Counted from the stretch's first letter, positions 37,333-46,132 are shown. The stretch: DNA of 49,555 nt from a virus (IMGVR_UViG_3300017565_000024:1-49555); one strand, 5' to 3'. Numbers and translations: made by a program. Notes: generated from the letters alone by a model not told the origin.

Positions 37333-37833
37333 ATGACCCGATTTGTGGGGCTGGACCCCAGCACAAAAACAGGCGTTTATATCATGGATGATGCCGGGAA
37401 TGTGATCGAGGCGCGAGAGATTGCACCCAAGGGTAAGGACCCGGAACGGATGTGCCGGATTGTTGAAGACACACTGGAATGCTTGCTGCCCAATGACATC
37501 GTTGCAATCGAGGGATTTGGGTTTGCAAGCCAGACAGGATTTTTGCTCGGCGGTATAGGCTGGGGGCTGCGGATGGAAATGTTTGCCCGAAAAATCCGCT
37601 ATATCGAGGTAGCGCCCGCAGCCCTGAAAAAATACGCAAGCGGCAAGGGCAACACGAAAAAGGACGAATTGGCAGTCCATATCTACAAACGTTGGGGGTT
37701 TGAGCATAAGTCAGACAACGTGCGAGACGCCTTTGTATTGGCTCAGATTGCACGAAGCATTAGGCTGGGAACGTTTGATACGAAGCAGCAAAAAGAGGTG
37801 CTGGACGCGATTCTGAAACCGGAGGCGATGTGA
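37333..37833 (+). CDS. RuvC-like Holliday junction resolvase
   Basis: FVGLDPSTKTG, VAIEG, LKKYASGKGN..K and DNVRDAF motifs. Confidence 0.88.
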   Translation: MTRFVGLDPSTKTGVYIMDDAGNVIEAREIAPKGKDPERMCRIVEDTLECLLPNDIVAIEGFGFASQTGFLLGGIGWGLRMEMFARKIRYIEVAPAALKKYASGKGNTKKDELAVHIYKRWGFEHKSDNVRDAFVLAQIARSIRLGTFDTKQQKEVLDAILKPEAM

Positions 37834-38016
37834 ATGAATTGGGCAACAGCCACGCTACAAGAGCTTTATACAGTCACCCGCGACGACATGGCAACGCCTG
37901 GCGATGTGATCCGAGCCAACCACGAAATTTACCTGCGGGAATCCAAGCGGCTTCAAAACAAGGGCAACATGAAAAAGCGCTTGCAGCACAAAATCAAGAC
38001 AAAGTACGCGGGGTGA
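37834..38016 (+). CDS. Hypothetical protein
   Basis: MNWATATLQELY..., starting immediately after the ruvC-like stop. Confidence 0.65.
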   Translation: MNWATATLQELYTVTRDDMATPGDVIRANHEIYLRESKRLQNKGNMKKRLQHKIKTKYAG

Positions 38017-38225
38017 TTGGGTTGTACACTGAGGCAAAAACGCACTGGTTATGGACAGAGAAAGCAGAGCGGCAGGCTAAAGCCAAACATATCCACCGAT
38101 TGGCTGGATCTCCAGTTATGGACTATGCCCACGGAAAAGGGGCTTACACCAAAAAGGTCCCCAAGAGTTGGGTAGAGAACGGATACGTCAAAGAGGCAGA
38201 TCCGGAGCAAGAGACACTATTCTAA
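38013..38225 (+). CDS. Hypothetical protein
   Basis: GTGA overlap with the previous gene. Corresponds to the C-terminal part of the 37830 ORF. Confidence 0.6.
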   Translation: MIGLYTEAKTHWLWTEKAERQAKAKHIHRLAGSPVMDYAHGKGAYTKKVPKSWVENGYVKEADPEQETLF

Positions 38226-38243
38226 GGGAGAGGGAGAGATAAC

Positions 38244-38507
38244 ATGCGTATCCACATCGAGGACGACCTTTGGATCACATCGGACGACCGTAACTATATG
38301 ATCGCCAAAAGGGCGATGTACAAAAACAAGGAGGACGGCGAGGAGCGAGAGCAATTCAACGCAATTGGGTACTATTCGAGCCTTAATAGCCTGATCAAAG
38401 GGTTGCTGGAACGGAAACTACGCCAAAGTAATGCAACGACCCTACAAGAGCTACTAAAGAGCGTAGAGGGCATTAAAGTATGGATTGACCAACTAATTAA
38501 GGTGTGA
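38244..38507 (+). CDS. Phage protein (DUF5405-like)
   Basis: ITSDDRNYMI...GYYSSL..LIKGL motif. Confidence 0.7.
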   Translation: MRIHIEDDLWITSDDRNYMIAKRAMYKNKEDGEEREQFNAIGYYSSLNSLIKGLLERKLRQSNATTLQELLKSVEGIKVWIDQLIKV

Positions 38508-38521
38508 GGGAGAGATAACCA

Positions 38522-38758
38522 ATGGACGCAGTAAACCAACCCAACCACTATACCCAAGGCGGCATAGAGACGATAGAGGTCATTAAGCAAAAGCTCACGC
38601 CAGAGGAGTTTGCCGGGTACTGCAAAGGCAACGTAATCAAGTATGTCACCCGCGAAGCCCACAAGGGCGGTACAGAGGACCTGGAAAAGGCACGTAAGTA
38701 TTTGGACTTTTTGATTGATGCAAGGGCGGGTGAATCCATTGGCGCGGCTAAAGTTTGA
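38522..38758 (+). CDS. DUF3310-family protein
   Basis: DAVNQPNHYTQGGIETIE...GNVIKY..R..HKGG.EDLEKA..YL. Confidence 0.9.
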   Translation: MDAVNQPNHYTQGGIETIEVIKQKLTPEEFAGYCKGNVIKYVTREAHKGGTEDLEKARKYLDFLIDARAGESIGAAKV

Positions 38759-38996
38759 AATGTGGGTTTACCTCGACAAAGATCAGCTAAACGGGATCAT
38801 GTCACGCTTTACCGATGGTAGGGGGATTTTCACAGATTCGTGGTGGAGCAGCGCCCCGCAATCCATTGACCATGTTGGACCAGAATATTTAAGGCAGAGG
38901 CACAGGCATCCCAATGTGCGAAACGCGAAGCACGATGCCTTTATCAAGTCTCGATTTAAGGAAGAAATGGCAAGGTTATCTGAGGGGAGGCAATAA
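38739..38996 (+). CDS. Hypothetical protein
   Basis: ORF in operon with RBS GCGGGTG. Confidence 0.6.
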   Translation: MARLKFEMWVYLDKDQLNGIMSRFTDGRGIFTDSWWSSAPQSIDHVGPEYLRQRHRHPNVRNAKHDAFIKSRFKEEMARLSEGRQ

Positions 38997-38998
38997 GG

Positions 38999-39973
38999 AT
39001 GGCAGACAAGGCAAAAATTGAATGGACCGATGCGACTTGGAATCCGTTACGGGGATGCAGCAAAGTATCAGATGGTTGCCGCAATTGCTATGCGGAGAGC
39101 GTCGCAAATCGCTTTTCCGGTCCGGGGCAGCCATATGAAGGCACTATAAGTAATGGTCGCTGGAACGGGCAAATAAGGCTTGTGCCGGAGGTTTTGGAAC
39201 AGCCCTGGAAGTGGCAGCGACCGCGCCGAATTTTCGTTAACTCTATGTCAGACTTGTTTCATCCAAATGTACCATTTGAATATATCGACCAAGTGTTTTT
39301 TACAATGGCTATAGCGAAAAGACATACATTTCAGGTGCTAACCAAACGACCAGAACGGATGTTGGAATGGTTTAATCGGGACGTTGGTGAATGGTCCGAA
39401 CCATTGTTTGCTTGGAGGATGAAAAATTGGCCGTTGCCAAACGTTTGGTTGGGGGTCAGTGTGGAAAACCAAAAAGCAGCAGATGAACGAATTCCCTTGC
39501 TTGTTGAAACACCTGCGGCAGTGCGCTTCCTGAGTTGTGAACCTTTGTTGGGACCGGTTAACCTCGGGAAGTGGCTACTTACTCCTGGTTGGGCACCAAG
39601 CTATTATGACCCAGACAACATTCATGGTTATCCCAACGCCGAGCCGACAAACGAACACATTCAGTGGGTTATCGTCGGCGGGGAGAGCGGCAGGAATGCC
39701 CGTCCAATGCATCCAGATTGGGCGAGGAGCCTAAGGGATCAATGCCATGCATCCAACGTCCCATACCTGTTCAAGCAATGGGGAGAATGGGGTCCTGCTG
39801 AACTACATGATGACGATAGTGTTTTATATGGGGAATGGCATAAGCAGGGTGGATTTATTGAAAGTTGCCTTTGCGAGAAAGGCGAAGGGACCGTGCAGAG
39901 AGTTGGAAAAAAGAGAGCTGGACGCGAATTGGACGGCAGAACATGGGACGAATACCCCGAGGGGAGGCAATAG
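38999..39973 (+). CDS. Gp37/Gp68 (DUF5131) radical-SAM-like protein
   Basis: IEWTDATWNP..GCSKVSDGCRNCYA, FVNSMSDLFH, GGESG and FKQWG motifs. Confidence 0.92.
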   Translation: MADKAKIEWTDATWNPLRGCSKVSDGCRNCYAESVANRFSGPGQPYEGTISNGRWNGQIRLVPEVLEQPWKWQRPRRIFVNSMSDLFHPNVPFEYIDQVFFTMAIAKRHTFQVLTKRPERMLEWFNRDVGEWSEPLFAWRMKNWPLPNVWLGVSVENQKAADERIPLLVETPAAVRFLSCEPLLGPVNLGKWLLTPGWAPSYYDPDNIHGYPNAEPTNEHIQWVIVGGESGRNARPMHPDWARSLRDQCHASNVPYLFKQWGEWGPAELHDDDSVLYGEWHKQGGFIESCLCEKGEGTVQRVGKKRAGRELDGRTWDEYPEGRQ

Positions 39974-39975
39974 CA

Positions 39976-40284
39976 ATGAGTAACCAACAGTTAAAAGAGT
40001 TCTGGTCCAATATTGATAATGTCCGCAACGCATCGCCAGAGGATATTCAATCAGACGTGCTGGCATATATCGAACACGCAGAGAAGGCAGAAGCAAAAGT
40101 ATCGGAACTGACCAAGTTGCTCATGAATGCATCGGAACTACTTACTTGGAGATTTGAAGAAATTCCTGGCGGCAAGGAAACGGCAAAACAAGAAGCGGTC
40201 AATCTGATTTACAAGTGGGTGATCGAAAATAGTAATGTTCCAATTGAAAGGGTGGATAGCAATGAACTTGATCCAAGAGATTAA
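39976..40284 (+). CDS. Hypothetical protein
   Basis: RBS GGAGG, in operon. Confidence 0.65.
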   Translation: MSNQQLKEFWSNIDNVRNASPEDIQSDVLAYIEHAEKAEAKVSELTKLLMNASELLTWRFEEIPGGKETAKQEAVNLIYKWVIENSNVPIERVDSNELDPRD

Positions 40285-40564
40285 AGAGGCGCTGGCGAGG
40301 TATGAAAATTCTGATGATCATGATGACCGTAGCCGCTGGCTCCATGCCATAGAATTAGAATGCGTCGATTGGCTCCAGCAAGCAGTAGAAATGCTAGAGC
40401 AGGCGCAGGAAGAAATGGTGATTATATACACCGCAAACGAGCAGCAGGAAAGGGAGATAGTAAGACTACAAGCTGCACTATCCACCATATCAGACCTAAT
40501 GGCAGATGATACGTCAGAGCGGGCGCAGCAGATCAACAAGCTTATCGCGAGCGTTGAGCCATGA
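40262..40564 (+). CDS. Hypothetical coiled-coil protein
   Basis: In operon with RBS AGGGTGG. Confidence 0.6.
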   Translation: MNLIQEIKEALARYENSDDHDDRSRWLHAIELECVDWLQQAVEMLEQAQEEMVIIYTANEQQEREIVRLQAALSTISDLMADDTSERAQQINKLIASVEP

Positions 40565-40782
40565 TCACGGCAGCCATCATTATCACCTTTGTAGCCCTTG
40601 TACTTGCTTGGGATCGTCCTAACAAGCCCTCACAGCCCCGTACAGGGATATGGGGGCAACTAGATAGGCTAGATAGGATAGAGGCGCTAAAAGAGCAGCG
40701 AGGGGAGAATGATAGCCAGATAGCGGCGTTGTGGGCGGAGTATGAGCGGGAGGAGATGAAACGAGATGGCATTCAGTGTTGA
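40561..40782 (+). CDS. Hypothetical protein with N-terminal TM helix
   Basis: MITAAIIITFVALVLAW, with an ATGA overlap. Confidence 0.6.
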   Translation: MITAAIIITFVALVLAWDRPNKPSQPRTGIWGQLDRLDRIEALKEQRGENDSQIAALWAEYEREEMKRDGIQC

Positions 40783-41188
40783 AGACATTACATTTCCATG
40801 TAGCGAAAAAACATTCAATAGGCATTGCCGCCATTATTACAATCGACACAATAAAGATGTCAGGGCGCTGTCTCGTAAAACAAAGAAATTTATCCTTGGC
40901 AAAAAGTGTGGCAAAGCAACTCTTAAAAGACGCATAGCTGCTGTGGAAGTAATCATTAATAAATACCCGCAGGAAGCCGATTTATCGGACCGTTTCTGCC
41001 CCAAGTGTGGGTGCAATGCAGAGCGGTCAACAGGGAATATGGCAGAATACCCCGAACGATGGGAACGGAGATACTGCGAACGGTGCGGGTACTTGGTGGG
41101 GGAATCAGATAACAGCCCGTTTGTGCATGTGCTTGAATTGATGTGCGGTCCAGAAAAAGAAGAATGGGACCCAAGCTATTGGGGTTAG
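40766..41188 (+). CDS. Hypothetical Zn-finger protein
   Basis: CPKCG...CERCG motifs. Confidence 0.7.
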   Translation: MAFSVEDITFPCSEKTFNRHCRHYYNRHNKDVRALSRKTKKFILGKKCGKATLKRRIAAVEVIINKYPQEADLSDRFCPKCGCNAERSTGNMAEYPERWERRYCERCGYLVGESDNSPFVHVLELMCGPEKEEWDPSYWG

Positions 41189-41202
41189 GGAGGTATCCAG
41201 GG

Positions 41203-41414
41203 ATGTCCAAGACAATCGTTAAAGCACAACGTTCCATCATTGGTCAAAATACGGTTTTGATCTATAACAAAAATCGTTCGTGATGGGAGAGATACCTTAT
41301 GAGGGTGCGATCGAAAAAGCGCTTGGCGATCGAGACAAGGCTTATTTTAAAGTGACGGTGGATGATGCCGGAGTGCTTCATTTACACAAAGAGGTTCACA
41401 ACCAAAAATGGTGA
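41203..41414 (+). pseudogene. Small phage gene split by a frameshift near 41280
   Basis: MSKTIVKAQRSIIGQNTVLIYNKNRS* continues in the -1 frame as VMGEIPYEG...HNQKW*. RBS GGAGGT. Confidence 0.6.
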
Positions 41415-41419
41415 GGGGG

Positions 41420-41812
41420 ATGTCCAAGATGATAGATAAGCAGCAACTGCAAAAATGCCTTGAAACAGAAATATTTCACACTCACCAAGCTATTAGCGCC
41501 CAATCAACCAGTTACGACCGGAATTTTCATAAAGGTGCATTATGTGCCTTCCGCATCGTTCAAAATATCATCGAAAAGACGGAAGTTAGAAACACAGCAG
41601 CACACAACCATGTTCGAGAAATGTACGACGTTTGGAAAAACCTTGATATGCCCCCAATATACAGCCCTGAAACAGTTGCAAACATCATCGCAGACGTAGC
41701 GCTTGTGTTGGGTGTTAGTATTCCCGGCATTGATCCAGACGCGCCAGAGAATCAATTTGTAGGCGCTGAGATGAAGTTAAGTGATCTGGAAGGAAAGGAG
41801 AAATCCCAATGA
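41420..41812 (+). CDS. Hypothetical protein
   Basis: In operon with RBS GAGGGG. Confidence 0.65.
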   Translation: MSKMIDKQQLQKCLETEIFHTHQAISAQSTSYDRNFHKGALCAFRIVQNIIEKTEVRNTAAHNHVREMYDVWKNLDMPPIYSPETVANIIADVALVLGVSIPGIDPDAPENQFVGAEMKLSDLEGKEKSQ

Positions 41813-42024
41813 TAGAGTGGATCAAATACGATCCTTACAGCCGCGAGATTGAGAGCCATGTCAATCACCTTATAACAAATGGTAGGGCTGTAGGAGTGGC
41901 ACAACATGCCAAATTGATCGGAGGAGATGGTTATGGTTGGTTTGATGGGACATTGCGCCTCGCCCAGCCGGTTACACATTGGGCAAAAATAAACCTTCCG
42001 GAGGTGTCTGGGGATGATAGCTAA
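41809..42024 (+). CDS. Hypothetical protein (DUF551-like)
   Basis: MIEWIKY...VTHWAKINLP pattern. Confidence 0.65.
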   Translation: MIEWIKYDPYSREIESHVNHLITNGRAVGVAQHAKLIGGDGYGWFDGTLRLAQPVTHWAKINLPEVSGDDS

Positions 42025-42646
42025 ATACCGCGGCAAGCAATTAGATGGTGGGGATTGGGTGCATGGCTATTACATCGTACAACCCACTACGATGGGGAAT
42101 AAAACTCACATTATCTATGATGGGGAGTATGAGCATTCTGTAGACCCAAATACGGTGGGGCAGTATACCGGATTGCCCGACAACAAAGACAAGCATATAT
42201 GGCAAGGAGATCGATTCAGGCGTGGAACGGACGAAGGAACTGTGGTATTTGAGCGCGGTGCATTCTGGGTGATGTGGGACGAACCGCATTCATGGCAGAT
42301 AGATCGGATACTGCACAGAGTGCATAGCGAGGGAGATGTCGTTGGCTCCATCCATGACCACCCTCACTTACTGGAGGGGACAGCAAGTACGCTAGCAGCC
42401 GGATTAAGGGCAATATCCATTGGACCGGACAGAGCAGATATCGTTGCAGGCTACGGCACAAACGAGGAACTGGCGGCATGGTATCGAACGGAAACGGGAA
42501 TCAGCGAAGAAGAATGGGCTGATTATGTGGTAAAGGAAATCCCGCTGGATAAAAATCTTAACTGGGATGGCATGGGGGAAATGACTATTCGCAAGTTGGT
42601 AGAAGGCGAGACAAATTTCCCTCAAATTGTCGGATATTCGGAGTAG
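42014..42646 (+). CDS. YopX-family protein with an extra C-terminal domain
   Basis: KYRGK...WVHG, TVGQYTGL.D...IWQGD and VVGSIHDHPHLLE, followed by ~85 further aa. Confidence 0.85.
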   Translation: MIAKYRGKQLDGGDWVHGYYIVQPTTMGNKTHIIYDGEYEHSVDPNTVGQYTGLPDNKDKHIWQGDRFRRGTDEGTVVFERGAFWVMWDEPHSWQIDRILHRVHSEGDVVGSIHDHPHLLEGTASTLAAGLRAISIGPDRADIVAGYGTNEELAAWYRTETGISEEEWADYVVKEIPLDKNLNWDGMGEMTIRKLVEGETNFPQIVGYSE

Positions 42647-42739
42647 ACCCAAACTGTGTAGTAAGGGAGGGGGACGATGTCCCCCAAAAATAAACAGACG
42701 GCAGCTCTGAACAAAAAAATATTGTCGTTAACCTGTGTT

Positions 42740-43345
42740 GTTGAACTAACGTTCGCCGTTAGCGTAAAAGCTTACTATGTTGAATATCTTGTTCTTCGAC
42801 ATAATTACGATACTTATTGTCGTTGTAGTAATCAATAATATCTTGTTTAATTTCTGGGAAGAGTTGAATTGAATGTAATTCCGAAATTGGTATCCATTTT
42901 ACGGCCGTTTGATTAGTATCCGGCTTTTGAGGCAGCTGGGGGATTGATCCTGCTTTCAATTGGCATTCAAATGTAATGCTAACGGAGTGTGTATTACCAT
43001 AAATGAAGTTGTTTTTAGTTGGTTGATATTCGTAAACAAATGCAACGGAACCGACCTCTACATCGACGCACGCTTCTTCTTTTGCTTCCCTTATAACAGC
43101 TTCAACGAAGGTTTCACCTGGTTCAAGACCGCCTGCGGGAAGATTGTAATGCACACCGTCATCATCGTTGTTTTTAAACTCAATCAGCAAAATGCTCCCA
43201 TCTTGAATGATTAATGCGCAAGCACGAAGTCGGATATTCTCCAATAAGTTCACTTCCTTTGTTTTCTGTTTTTGGTTAACAACTATGGAATAATATTATA
43301 CCATTACTCAGTAACTTATTGAGCAAATCTGCCCTTTAGCTTAAT
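42740..43345 (-). mobile_element. Putative gene cassette bounded by two palindromic recombination-like sites
   Basis: Minus-strand sites ATTAAGCTAAA-GGGCAG-ATTTGCTCAAT (43345-43318) and TTTACGCTAAC-GGCGAAC-GTTAGTTCAAC (42768-42740) enclose an AT-rich interior. Confidence 0.55.
42759..43253 (-). CDS. NUDIX hydrolase
   Basis: Nudix box GGLEPGETFVEAVIREAKEEACV. Has its own extended -10 TGGTATAAT (43303-43295) and RBS AAAGGA. Confidence 0.92.
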   Translation of the reverse strand: MNLLENIRLRACALIIQDGSILLIEFKNNDDDGVHYNLPAGGLEPGETFVEAVIREAKEEACVDVEVGSVAFVYEYQPTKNNFIYGNTHSVSITFECQLKAGSIPQLPQKPDTNQTAVKWIPISELHSIQLFPEIKQDIIDYYNDNKYRNYVEEQDIQHSKLLR

Positions 43346-43415
43346 GAATCTTTTTTTATCGAGAGTCATCGAGGTTGTTGCACAGTACGGCGAAACAACG
43401 AAAGGAGGGATATAG

Positions 43416-43793
43416 ATGGACTTAACCCGCGAACAAATCCTCAACATGACCGCGCAGGAGCTGGCAGAGGCTACAGCGGTGCATGTGATGGGGTGGTCAG
43501 TAGGAGAACATCCAGAAGTGAATGGAACGGGGCAATGGATGGTTGAATATGAGTTCCCGGTATATTTCAAGAAGGACGGTGCATTCATCTGTTGGGATGA
43601 ATGGAACCCAGCAGAAGATATAAGGGATGCACGGGAGATTGAAGTGAGAATAGCAGAATGTATCGGCAATCGAGCTAGTTATGTCGTGCAATTACGTCAA
43701 GTTGTGGGAGAGTATTCGTCAATGTTCGATTTAATCCACGCCAATCCTGAACAACGTTGTCGGGCTGCCCTATTGGCGGTGAAGGGACTATGA
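43416..43793 (+). CDS. Phage protein (ABA-sandwich/BC1872-like)
   Basis: HVMGW...WNPAEDIRDA...PEQRCRAALLA. RBS AAAGGAGG. Confidence 0.75.
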   Translation: MDLTREQILNMTAQELAEATAVHVMGWSVGEHPEVNGTGQWMVEYEFPVYFKKDGAFICWDEWNPAEDIRDAREIEVRIAECIGNRASYVVQLRQVVGEYSSMFDLIHANPEQRCRAALLAVKGL

Positions 43794-43987
43794 CCAAGCA
43801 CATCTATAAAACGGAATGTGTTGTGTGTGAGGCTCCAGTAGACGATTACGAGCCTCAAATATGTTGCAGCGGTCATATGTGTGGGTGCATGGGGATGCCG
43901 TCAGAGCCGCCAATATGCTCGTCGGAGTGCTTTGAAAGACTGATGGGGAGCATGAGGGAGGAAGAACAACCAAATGGCGAAGCGTGA
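43790..43987 (+). CDS. Cys-rich hypothetical protein
   Basis: CVVC...CCSGHMCGCMG...CSSEC. Confidence 0.7.
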   Translation: MTKHIYKTECVVCEAPVDDYEPQICCSGHMCGCMGMPSEPPICSSECFERLMGSMREEEQPNGEA

Positions 43988-44186
43988 AATTGAAACATGC
44001 GATAGATGCGGCAAAAGGATTGAGCGGAAGGGTTTGATTTCAAAAGTCAGGCATGTAAAAAGAGTTGCTATATTTGGCTTTGGTCCATATGACTACAGTG
44101 ATTCGTCGTATGATTTGTGCAAATCGTGCAGCCAAAGTTTTGTGAGATTTATGATGAGGGAGGAAGAACATGGACAACCAAAATAA
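43974..44186 (+). CDS. Zn-finger hypothetical protein
   Basis: CDRCG...DLCKSC. Confidence 0.7.
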   Translation: MAKREIETCDRCGKRIERKGLISKVRHVKRVAIFGFGPYDYSDSSYDLCKSCSQSFVRFMMREEEHGQPK

Positions 44187-44529
44187 AGCAGCACGGCAAT
44201 GGGAAGCGGACAATCACATGTGCGTCCAGTTGAACCAATGGTATGAGCATAAGTGGGAGGCAGGGCAAGAGGACGGAGTAAAGCAAATAGAAATTTATGA
44301 AATTCTGCCTAATGAACCGTGTGTATTCGTGGCTGAATGCGAAAATGATCTTGTTGCTCAATTTTTAATCGAAGCGAGGTCAGCATTGCCGTATTGGCTG
44401 GAAGAAACACGTAAACTTTGCTTCACGATTAGCCAGCAGCGGCAAGAAATTCTATCGTTGCAGATAGCAACAAACAAAATGCGAGAATTGCTTGAAAGGG
44501 GTAGTGGGGATGGACAACCAAAGGGATGA
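44170..44529 (+). CDS. Hypothetical protein (Ead/Ea22-like)
   Basis: AQFLIEARSALPYWL pattern followed by a coiled coil. Confidence 0.6.
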   Translation: MDNQNKAARQWEADNHMCVQLNQWYEHKWEAGQEDGVKQIEIYEILPNEPCVFVAECENDLVAQFLIEARSALPYWLEETRKLCFTISQQRQEILSLQIATNKMRELLERGSGDGQPKG

Positions 44530-44833
44530 ATATCCACGCGCGGAACTGAGTGATGCCAACAATCTGCTGGCTAGGGATAAACATATAGAAGAAATACGCC
44601 AACGGTGGTCCGTATACAAGGGCGAATCTGACGCAATGTGGCTACTGGGAGAGTTAGACCGCCTGCAAAAAGAACTAGACGAATGGAAGTTAGATTATGC
44701 GCTTGTTGATGGAAATGCAATGGAGAGTATTAACTATGCGCGAAAATTGGAAATTGAGGTAAGTCAACTAAGCGAGGAAAAGGACGACCTGGCGAGGCGT
44801 CTGGAGCGAATAGAGCGGGCGGGGTATGTATGA
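44510..44833 (+). CDS. Hypothetical coiled-coil protein
   Basis: In operon. Confidence 0.6.
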   Translation: MDNQRDEYPRAELSDANNLLARDKHIEEIRQRWSVYKGESDAMWLLGELDRLQKELDEWKLDYALVDGNAMESINYARKLEIEVSQLSEEKDDLARRLERIERAGYV

Positions 44834-44893
44834 ACACTAAACCCCTAGCAGCAGCGGTAGCGGTATTGATTATGATTTTGGGGAGGGAGATGG

Positions 44894-45328
44894 ATGGAAA
44901 GATTGTACGTTCAAAGGGTTGAAGTGTTAGCTTCATATCTCTTTCATGGTGATAAACATATTGTAGCTAAAGAATTGGGAGTAGAAGCGGAATATGTGCA
45001 TAAAATGCTGCGATGCTTGAAGTCAAGAGGGTATGTGACAGGGACCTATATTACGGGGTTTAAATATAGCGGCAAGCCTTTTGGAATAATTAAGAAATTG
45101 CCCAAAAAAGATCCGCCACCGCCAAAACCGAAGAAGCAACCACCGCCAAAGCCAAAAAAGCGAGTACCAACGCCGATGGAAGGAATCATCATTCAAATGT
45201 CTGATACAGAGCGTAATTGGATGATGGGGAACTATTGTAACGCAGGGAGACGGGTTGCAGCTAATACGTTAAAGAGGACAAGAGCTGACATTTGCCTGAT
45301 GGCATTGCAGCTTGGATTGGGGAAGTAG
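44894..45328 (+). CDS. Hypothetical protein with HTH-like N-terminus and Pro/Lys linker
   Basis: IVAKELGVEAEYVHKML and PPPPKPKKQPPPKPKK. Confidence 0.6.
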   Translation: MERLYVQRVEVLASYLFHGDKHIVAKELGVEAEYVHKMLRCLKSRGYVTGTYITGFKYSGKPFGIIKKLPKKDPPPPKPKKQPPPKPKKRVPTPMEGIIIQMSDTERNWMMGNYCNAGRRVAANTLKRTRADICLMALQLGLGK

Positions 45329-45330
45329 AT

Positions 45331-45474
45331 ATGGAAAAACTAATCGATGCAGAAAAATTAATTGACCATATAGGGCTTTGCGCCGAACTAGCCAGCCAAA
45401 AAGGGCAGGTGGAAGTGGCAGCGGTACTGAAAAACCTGTTGGACGAAGTAGAATCTGGCGAGTTTGACCAATAG
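45331..45474 (+). CDS. Hypothetical protein
   Basis: MEKLIDAEKL...ESGEFD. Confidence 0.55.
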   Translation: MEKLIDAEKLIDHIGLCAELASQKGQVEVAAVLKNLLDEVESGEFDQ

Positions 45475-45494
45475 CAAATGGGGGCGGAGCAATA

Positions 45495-45971
45495 ATGCAG
45501 GAGGATATGACAAGCCATTATAAGCACACTAGGCGTACACTAAGGGCGCTCCGCACCCTAAATACAGACAAGGCGGAGAGGCAGATAATTGGGGAAATGA
45601 TATCGGACTGCACTTATGCCATTGAATGGCTCCAGACGGGGCGCAGGCCGGGGAACATGCGGGGGATCGAAAGAAGGGCAGCGTATCAAAGAGAATATCC
45701 GATAGACCCGATAAGAATACAGGCGTATGTATCCGGCAACCATGCAGGCAGCCCAGCTAATATAACCGAGTGGCAGCAGTTCCAAATCGATGACAGTTTG
45801 CGGATTTTATCACCATTGGAACGCGAAGTCTTCTTGATGGCCTACGCCGGATGTGTCCCAAGATCACAAATCGCTGCCATGATTGGCATAAAAAAAGGCT
45901 CAGTCAATAAAATGATTGACCGAGCGAATAAAAAAATACAAGAAAATATGCAAAACAGCCTGTTTTACTGA
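45495..45971 (+). CDS. Sigma-70 region-4-like late transcriptional activator (Xpf-like)
   Basis: MISDCTYAIEWLQTGRRPG..RGIERR, and LSPLEREVF...IAAMIGIKKGSV...RANKKI. Confidence 0.85.
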   Translation: MQEDMTSHYKHTRRTLRALRTLNTDKAERQIIGEMISDCTYAIEWLQTGRRPGNMRGIERRAAYQREYPIDPIRIQAYVSGNHAGSPANITEWQQFQIDDSLRILSPLEREVFLMAYAGCVPRSQIAAMIGIKKGSVNKMIDRANKKIQENMQNSLFY

Positions 45972-46104
45972 TAAAAACCCTCTTTTTTGTCTCCCGTTTG
46001 CCACCTATATTACGTAGGCACCGGTAAGACGTCGATATGTTGTTGCTGCAATTTATTGCCGTCAAGTAGGGCAAGCCTAACAATACTAGCACTAGCACAC
46101 AAAG

Positions 46105-46132
46105 AGGGACTGCACCGCTGCGGTCCTTTTTT
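46105..46132. terminator. Terminator
   Basis: AGGGACTGCA-CCGC-TGCGGTCCTT-TTTT. Confidence 0.7.

Noticed and set aside
42742-42755. TGAAC-TAAC-GTTCG as a LexA box
   Set aside because: It fits GAAC-N4-GTTC but lies at a gene 3' end inside the cassette boundary site, with no promoter nearby. Probably coincidental, though not excluded.
42653-43386. ACTGTGTA / TGCACAGT as outer terminal inverted repeats of the NUDIX insert
   Set aside because: Only 7 of 8 bp match, with no target duplication or transposase, so it is too weak to call.
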